Assembly (NCBI RefSeq): GCF_007748075.1
Contig: NZ_CP036280.1
Location: 480,001 to 512,000, forward strand
From: Mucisphaera calidilacus
GTDB lineage: Bacteria > Planctomycetota > Phycisphaerae > Phycisphaerales > Phycisphaeraceae
Length of the DNA: 32,000 bases
Direction: 5' to 3'
Shown here: positions 26,801-32,000 of the stretch, piece after piece
Layout of the letters: each line of letters begins with the position of its first letter
Position numbering within the stretch: the stretch's first letter is position 1
Program-made: the position numbers and the translations under genes
Notes under the pieces: model-generated
Seen by the model: only the letters and a program-made list of their open reading frames with translations
What the model was told of the DNA's origin: nothing
Databases searched by the model: none

Positions 26801-27020
26801 GCGCTTCTCCAATCGATTGAACGGTTGTTGATCCGACAGCCAATGCCCCCGTGCCACGCGTCACCGCACGACACGCCTACAGGATAGCCGCTCAGCACCG
26901 GTTCCCACCCATCTTCTCCCGATGATTCCACGAAAACCTCACCACGGCCTCTCTCATCTCACCAGACCACCCCGCTTCACACCCCATGCCCTCAGACACG
27001 CAACCTCGCCCGAAACATGC

Positions 27021-27048
27021 TTGTCCTCCTCTCCTGATCTGCTATAAA
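27021..27048 (+). promoter_or_regulatory. Candidate promoter TTGTCC-N16-TATAAA for the 27079 gene
   Basis: Hexamers at 27021-27026 and 27043-27048 with a 16-nt spacer, about 30 nt upstream of a strong RBS (GGAAAGGAG) and the ATG at 27079. Confidence 0.35.
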
Positions 27049-27078
27049 CAGTGTTCACCTGAGGAAAGGAGAAAACTC

Positions 27079-27747
27079 ATGAACACCCAATGTCTCTTCG
27101 CAACCGGCTGCCTCATCGCAGCCACAAGCCTCTCCGCCAACGCTGCCATCCAGGTCTTTGGCAACAACGGCGGAGGCGTCGACGGCACCGAGGCCGACTT
27201 CAACGCCGCCTACCCCGTCACCACACCCATCGACTTCGACGCCGTCGCCGCCGGCACCACCCTCGAAGTCCCAGGCGGAATCGACGACTCCGGCAACGGC
27301 ACGCCCCTCGAATCGCCCATCGCCTTCGATGACCTCACCCTCACCATCGACGGCCGCAACAACACCATCGACGACACCTACGTCTCCACCGCCACCGAAC
27401 TGAGCATCGGCCTCTTCGACGGCGAGCACGAATCCGTTGTCCTGACCTTCGACCAAGCCATCAAGGCCTTTGCCGCGACCTTTGAAACCCCCGCCTCCAC
27501 CAACGGCGTCTCCGTCACCATCGACGGACAGGAAATCGACACCTTCGGGTTCTTCCTGCCCGGCGGCGGCCAGGGACAGCAGTTCCTCGGCTTCATCAGC
27601 GACACCCCCTTCACCACCGTCGAGTTCACCTCGCCCTTCGGCGGCGAGACCTTCTTCCTCGACAACGTCGCCGTCGCCGTCCCCGAACCCGCCTCGGCCC
27701 TGCTCCTCGGCCTCGCGACCCTCGCCCTGCGTCGCCGATCCGCCTGA
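27079..27747 (+). CDS. Small secreted PEP-CTERM protein of unknown function
   Basis: Strong RBS GGAAAGGAG. Signal peptide 'MNTQCLFATGCLIAATSLSANA'. C-terminal 'VAVPEPASALLLGLATLALRRRSA'. The ORF-track start at 26986 adds an implausible leader. Confidence 0.85.
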   Translation: MNTQCLFATGCLIAATSLSANAAIQVFGNNGGGVDGTEADFNAAYPVTTPIDFDAVAAGTTLEVPGGIDDSGNGTPLESPIAFDDLTLTIDGRNNTIDDTYVSTATELSIGLFDGEHESVVLTFDQAIKAFAATFETPASTNGVSVTIDGQEIDTFGFFLPGGGQGQQFLGFISDTPFTTVEFTSPFGGETFFLDNVAVAVPEPASALLLGLATLALRRRSA

Positions 27748-27769
27748 GCCGACACCGCAACACAACCAC

Positions 27770-27800
27770 AAAAAAAGCCCGGCACTTCGCCGGGCTTTTT
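27770..27800. terminator. Bidirectional intrinsic terminator between convergent genes
   Basis: AAAAAAA-GCCCGGC-ACTTC-GCCGGGC-TTTTT: a perfect 7-bp GC stem (27777-27783 / 27789-27795) flanked by an A-run and a T-run. Confidence 0.8.
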
Positions 27801-27826
27801 CATATTCAGAGGCCGCGCCGATGCGC

Positions 27827-28801
27827 TCAGTTCGTGTACCGATACAGCGGATTCCCGTTGCGGTCCGTCTCGATCGAAACATCAGGGTAGAACGACTGCC
27901 ACCACGCCGTGTCCTCCGGCGGACCGTTGTAACTGTCCAACTGTGTGTCGATGAAATCACCGCTCGCCTGCACGAACGAAACATGCCCGTCAATAAAGCC
28001 CACGTTCGCGCCACCGCTGCCCGGCGGGTCATCGATATCACCCTTCAAACCCTTGACATGGTTGTCCGTCATGGCGTCGCTGCCCGCGCCGTCCGCGTCC
28101 GGGAACGAGTTCTTGCCCGCACCGTCACTGTCAAAGATCAGCATCACCTGGCTCGGGTTCGGCAGCCAACGCTCCGTCTTGATCCGGTCGTCACCATCCG
28201 GCGCACCGCCCGCCATCCGGATCGATAACGCGTCATTCGACCCGTCCACCGTCAGGCCGTTCGGATACGTCCCGCCGTCCGCCCACGCAAAAATCTCGTA
28301 GCTGTGACCCGACGCCTCATCCCCGTTACGCGGGGCCGTCTCCACCACAACACGCGGCGCTCGCAGGATGAACCGATCCGCCGGGTTCGACCCGAAGCCG
28401 CGCGACTGCTGAACCACATCATCCTCATCAACAAAATCCGTCGTCGATGGGCAGATCAACACGTCATACTGATCCCCGCCCAGATACCCCGAGACCTTGC
28501 CGAACCCTCCCCCGCCCGTGAAGCCCCGACGCTCATGGCTGTACAGGTGCAGGAAACTGTCCGTGCCGTCTTCCTCGGCATCCGAGACAAACACGCCGTC
28601 GCGATTGTCGAAGGCATAAGCCACCGACGCACCCATCAGCGTGCGCACGTTCGTCGAGCACTGCAGACGACGCGCCGTGTCTCGCGCCGCTCCCAGCGCG
28701 GGCAGCAGAATGCCGATCAGCAACGCGATGATCGAGATCACCACGAGCAACTCAATCAGCGTGAACCCACGCCGATCACGAGGCAAGGACAAAACCATCA
28801 T
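27827..28801 (-). CDS. Prepilin-type N-terminal cleavage/methylation domain protein, DUF1559 / H-X9-DG family (second copy)
   Basis: ATG at 28801 with GGAGA 4 nt upstream. '[39 protein letters not shown]' has a hydrophobic helix nearly identical to the 9435 gene. C-terminal '[15 protein letters not shown]' is the H-X9-DG-type motif. The ORF-track start at 28816 is a TTG. Confidence 0.9.
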   Translation of the reverse strand: MMVLSLPRDRRGFTLIELLVVISIIALLIGILLPALGAARDTARRLQCSTNVRTLMGASVAYAFDNRDGVFVSDAEEDGTDSFLHLYSHERRGFTGGGGFGKVSGYLGGDQYDVLICPSTTDFVDEDDVVQQSRGFGSNPADRFILRAPRVVVETAPRNGDEASGHSYEIFAWADGGTYPNGLTVDGSNDALSIRMAGGAPDGDDRIKTERWLPNPSQVMLIFDSDGAGKNSFPDADGAGSDAMTDNHVKGLKGDIDDPPGSGGANVGFIDGHVSFVQASGDFIDTQLDSYNGPPEDTAWWQSFYPDVSIETDRNGNPLYRYTN

Positions 28802-28957
28802 GGGGTCTCCATACAAAGAGGCTCGGGCGCTGTTGGGGCAAAAGACGCAGACAGGCTGCCCACAAAAAAAGCCGGCCCAGAGCCAGCTTATGCTCAGCAG
28901 GCCCGCCCGTTGCAGCCGGACGGCGCATCTTTTACACGCAGATATTAACCTCAGACC

Positions 28958-30547
28958 ATGCGAAAGCCAACCCCCAACGAACGACGGTCACCTATTACGG
29001 CCATCCTCATCACCCTGATGCTCCTCCTCGCGCCCGCTCGCGCTCAGGACCTGCCGCCTTGGATCACCGCCGATCTCAACATAACCCGCTTCACAACGCT
29101 CGATGACGAGAACCGCATCCTCGCCAAACTGCCTCAGTCCCCCAGAATCACCGCCGTCGACCTCGGCACATCCGTCCAGGGACGCCCGCTCCGCGCTATC
29201 CGCTTCCTGCGCACCGGCAAAGACCTCGAAGCCAAACCCTGGACCGTCCTGCTCATCGGCGCCCAGCACGGCAACGAGCACGCCGGACGCGAAGCCCTCC
29301 TCACCCTCATCACCGACCTCGCCAACAACCCCGACCGCATCCCGCCCGACACCGACCTCTGGATCGTCCCCACCGCCAACCCCGACGGCACCCACGCCGA
29401 TCAGCGACGCAACGCCAACAACTTCGACCTCAACCGCGACCACGTCATCCTCTCCCAGCCCGAGACCCGCGCCCTCCACCGACTCGCTCGCACCATCGAG
29501 CCCGACGTCACGATCGACTGCCACGAGTTCGGACGCGACAGCTCCGACTACACCACGCAGGGCTGGACCGAGTGGCCCCTCGTCATGATGGACACCACCA
29601 ACACACCGCTGCTCCCGCAACCCATCTACAAGAACGGCCTCGAACAGGTCGAACGCCTGCGAAAACCGATGCGCGACCTGGGCATCAACTACACCCGCTA
29701 CATGGTGGGCGACGCACCCCCCGCAGGCGAACGACGCTTCAGCACACTCGACATCGACGACGCACGCAACGGCCTCGCCATGCACGCCGGCTACGGCTTC
29801 ATCATCGAGTCAGGCGTCTACCGCAACCACCCCAGGCCCCAGCACAACCTCGGCGAACGCGCCCGCGCCCACAAGGCCCTCGTCTGGTCGCTCATCAGCC
29901 TCGACACCGCCGAACGCCAACAGCTGCGCGCCGACCACCAGCGCCGCGCCACACCACGCTTCATCCCCGTCAACTTCTTCTGGGCTCAGCACCTCGACAC
30001 GAAACGCTCCCCGCAAAGCGACCGCATCGCCGTGGTCGACGCCCGGACCGGGCGCACCCTCTCCTACGACGCCCCCAACACGCAGACCGAACGCGTCGTC
30101 AAGCTCAGCGTCTTCCGACCCGACGCCTACGTCATCCCGGCAAAACACGCCGACACCTACCGCCAACTGCTCGACCACCACGACATCGCGCACGAACCCT
30201 ACGACCCCAAACAACTGCGCAACAGGTCACTCGAAGTCACCCGGCTGCGCTCCGTCAGCGACAACTACGACCCGACCTACCACCGCTACGCCGGCATGCA
30301 GCACGTCGAAACCCTCCAGGACCCGCCCGCCGAACTCGGACTCGACCAGCCCGGCGCAATCTGGATCGACGCCTCCCACGACAACCGCGCCATCGGCATC
30401 CTCGAACCCCACATGGCCTTCGGCCTCTACCAGTGGCCGCACTACCGGGCCACCGTCGGCGACAACGGCATCATCCCCGTCTACCGCGTCATGCCCCCGC
30501 TCACACCAGCCACGACGCAGGCCCCAGCGTCACCACAACCAGAATGA
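28958..30547 (+). CDS. Secreted M14-family zinc carboxypeptidase
   Basis: Signal peptide '[21 protein letters not shown]'. Zinc and substrate motifs '[15 protein letters not shown]' (HxxE), 'TANPDG', '[11 protein letters not shown]' and 'IDCHEFG' (third His ligand). Confidence 0.85.
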   Translation: MRKPTPNERRSPITAILITLMLLLAPARAQDLPPWITADLNITRFTTLDDENRILAKLPQSPRITAVDLGTSVQGRPLRAIRFLRTGKDLEAKPWTVLLIGAQHGNEHAGREALLTLITDLANNPDRIPPDTDLWIVPTANPDGTHADQRRNANNFDLNRDHVILSQPETRALHRLARTIEPDVTIDCHEFGRDSSDYTTQGWTEWPLVMMDTTNTPLLPQPIYKNGLEQVERLRKPMRDLGINYTRYMVGDAPPAGERRFSTLDIDDARNGLAMHAGYGFIIESGVYRNHPRPQHNLGERARAHKALVWSLISLDTAERQQLRADHQRRATPRFIPVNFFWAQHLDTKRSPQSDRIAVVDARTGRTLSYDAPNTQTERVVKLSVFRPDAYVIPAKHADTYRQLLDHHDIAHEPYDPKQLRNRSLEVTRLRSVSDNYDPTYHRYAGMQHVETLQDPPAELGLDQPGAIWIDASHDNRAIGILEPHMAFGLYQWPHYRATVGDNGIIPVYRVMPPLTPATTQAPASPQPE

Positions 30548-32000
30548 TCGCCGCCACAACGTGCAACAGGATCACAAACGGCAGCACCCAACGCACCCAC
30601 ACCGCCCAGTCCACACGCGCCGCACCCAGCACACCCATCAGCACCGCCGACGTCGGGATCAGCGTGTTCCCCAGGCCGTCACCAAACTGAAACGACAACA
30701 CACCCACCTGACGCTCAACACCGATCAGGTCACACAAAGGCGTGATGATCGGCATCGTCATCGCCGCCTGACCCGATCCCGAGGGCACGAAGAAATTCAC
30801 CACCGCCTGCACAAACATCAGCACCACCGGGGCCAGCCACTCAGGCAGCGCTCCCAGCGGATCGGCCAACGCATGCAGCAGCGTGTCCAGCACCTCGCCC
30901 TGACGCAGCACGATCACGATCCCCGCCGAAACCGCGATGATCAGACACGCCTCCACCATCAGCCCCGCACCCGCCACAAACTTCCTCGCCACCACGCCCG
31001 GCCCCATCCCGCCGACCACGCCCGCCAGTAACCCGCAACCCACAAACAACCCCGCCATCTCGTCGATGTACCAGCCCCACGACGACACACCCCACGCCGC
31101 CACCACCATCGACCCGAGCGTCACCAGCAGCACCCCGCCGTCACGCCAGGTCAAAGTCCCCTCATGCTCGTTCGTCGTCTCCGCCTCCGCCCGCCGCTGC
31201 GCATCCAGCGCCGCCGTCGGCGAACGCATCGGATCACTCCGAACACGCTCCGCGTGCCACAGCACGAACGCGATCCCCAGCGACGTCAGCAGACACCAGA
31301 TCACCACACGCAGACCAAAGCCCGACAGATAAGGCAGCTCCGCGATCGACTGACCGATCCCCAGCGTGAACGGGTTCATAAACGCCGCCGCGAACCCCAC
31401 CTGCGACGCGAAGTAACACATCGCCACACCCGTCACCGTGTCGTAACCCAGACGGATCGCAAGCGGGATCGTCACCAGCACAAACGCGATCGTCGACTCG
31501 CCCATCCCGAACACCGAGCCGCCCAGCGAAAACAATGCAAAACTCACCGGGATCACCAGCCAACGCAGACGCGCCGACTCCAGACCCAGCACCGCGTCAC
31601 GCAGCCCGCGATCGATCGCGCCCGTACCCAGCATGATCCCGAAAGCACCCCCGATCAGCAGCACAAATCCAATGATCTGCGCCTTGTCCTGTAAACCCAG
31701 GATCGGCGCCAGCACCATTCGACCCACCACCGTCGGCAACGACCACACACGAGACGCCCCGTCACCCTCCAGACGCTCGTACGAACCCGGGATCACCACC
31801 GTGCGGTTCCAGCCATCCGATCCCGCCAGCAGCACGTCACGACCCCTGTACGCAGCGAGATCCTCAATCGCCTCACGCGTCTCAGGGTCCAACGCCCTCC
31901 AGGCCTGCTCCGGATCCAGACCGTTCGTGAAGGCCAGCACCGTAGGCGTCGGGTCCTCGTTCGCCACCGTCACCCGGTGCAGCGTCGGGAAAAAACGCTC
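30501..32000 (-). CDS. yfcC: YfcC-family membrane transporter (C4-dicarboxylate anaerobic carrier-like / putative basic amino acid antiporter family); the 5' end runs off the window
   Basis: Blocks match E. coli YfcC as I recall it: 'LLIGGAFGIMLGTGAIDRGL', 'LFSLGGSVFGMGESTIAFVLVTIPLAIRLGYD', 'FMNPFTLGIGQSIAELPYLSGFGLRVVIW', 'FVQAVVNFFVPSGSGQAAMTMPIITPLCDLIGVERQVGVLSFQFGDG'. The frame stays open upstream of the GTG at 31973 to the window edge. Confidence 0.9.
   Translation of the reverse strand, partial: ERFFPTLHRVTVANEDPTPTVLAFTNGLDPEQAWRALDPETREAIEDLAAYRGRDVLLAGSDGWNRTVVIPGSYERLEGDGASRVWSLPTVVGRMVLAPILGLQDKAQIIGFVLLIGGAFGIMLGTGAIDRGLRDAVLGLESARLRWLVIPVSFALFSLGGSVFGMGESTIAFVLVTIPLAIRLGYDTVTGVAMCYFASQVGFAAAFMNPFTLGIGQSIAELPYLSGFGLRVVIWCLLTSLGIAFVLWHAERVRSDPMRSPTAALDAQRRAEAETTNEHEGTLTWRDGGVLLVTLGSMVVAAWGVSSWGWYIDEMAGLFVGCGLLAGVVGGMGPGVVARKFVAGAGLMVEACLIIAVSAGIVIVLRQGEVLDTLLHALADPLGALPEWLAPVVLMFVQAVVNFFVPSGSGQAAMTMPIITPLCDLIGVERQVGVLSFQFGDGLGNTLIPTSAVLMGVLGAARVDWAVWVRWVLPFVILLHVVAAIILVVVTLGPASWLV

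Noticed and set aside
26801-26857. Upstream extension 'MARGHWLSDQQPFNRLEKR' of the giant gene; likewise 26986..27078 for the small PEP-CTERM gene and 17168..17209 for permease 2
   Set aside because: Internal ATGs with good RBS sequences give canonical signal peptides (26800, 27079) or a stop/start overlap with the upstream gene (17210). The extensions add no plausible sequence.
23903-26887. 994-aa plus-strand ORF antisense to the giant gene
   Set aside because: Extremely Arg/Pro/Thr-rich with no recognisable motifs. It is the typical stop-free antisense frame of a high-GC gene. The opposite strand has a signal peptide, an RBS and recognisable C-terminal domains.
26858-27020. Strongly C-rich (G-rich on the minus strand) leader of the giant gene, considered as a G-quadruplex or riboswitch
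   Set aside because: G-runs (GGG cat GGGG tgtgaagc GGGG t GG) do not give four regular G3 tracts with short loops. I recognise no known riboswitch consensus. It cannot be supported without folding or covariation analysis.
28817-28957. Possible terminator (AAAAAAAGCCGGC...) and promoter (TATTAA at 28943-28948) in the divergent region between the DUF1559 gene and the M14 gene
   Set aside because: No complementary stem follows the A-run, and both flanking genes start (not end) here. The -10-like box lacks a matching -35 and lies only 9 nt from the ATG. Too weak to call.

Overview
High-GC window that is almost fully coding; I call 22 CDS. No rRNA, tRNA, CRISPR array or mobile element is visible. 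Three traits suggest a Planctomycetota genome, probably Phycisphaerae-like (inference): DUF1559-type prepilin-like proteins with [29 protein letters not shown]-termini, five PEP-CTERM tails, and dockerin-like Ca-binding repeats.

Layout:
- 1-2767: 3' end of an RND efflux operon (RND permease, then a TolC/NodT lipoprotein).
- 2786-5934: a divergent pair of apparently cytoplasmic genes, a URO-D-like protein and a heparinase II/III-like lyase.
- 5935-6154: an AT-rich control region packed with palindromes, upstream of a LacI-family regulator (6155-7216).
- 7281-19439: about 12 kb on one strand. It carries two paralogous PEP-CTERM lectin-like proteins, a DUF1559 pseudopilin-like protein, a GH10 xylanase, a multidomain polysaccharide lyase with dockerin-like repeats and PEP-CTERM, a CUT1-type ABC importer (binding protein plus two permeases, no ATPase) and a signal-less GH30.
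- 19445-26800 (minus strand): a giant ~2050-aa glycine-rich, beta-solenoid-like PEP-CTERM protein followed by an alginate-lyase-like gene.
- 27079-28801: another small PEP-CTERM protein, a clean bidirectional terminator and a second DUF1559 gene.
- 28958-32000: a secreted M14 carboxypeptidase converging on, and overlapping, a YfcC-family transporter gene.

Best candidate for something new: a cell-surface polysaccharide capture and degradation locus. Three unrelated proteins share the same C-terminal module (two dockerin-like pairs plus PEP-CTERM). Pseudopilin-like genes and an unusually expanded ABC permease sit in the same operon. The giant protein has a polyglycine-rich head.

All family assignments come from motif recognition by eye and need HMM or structure confirmation.
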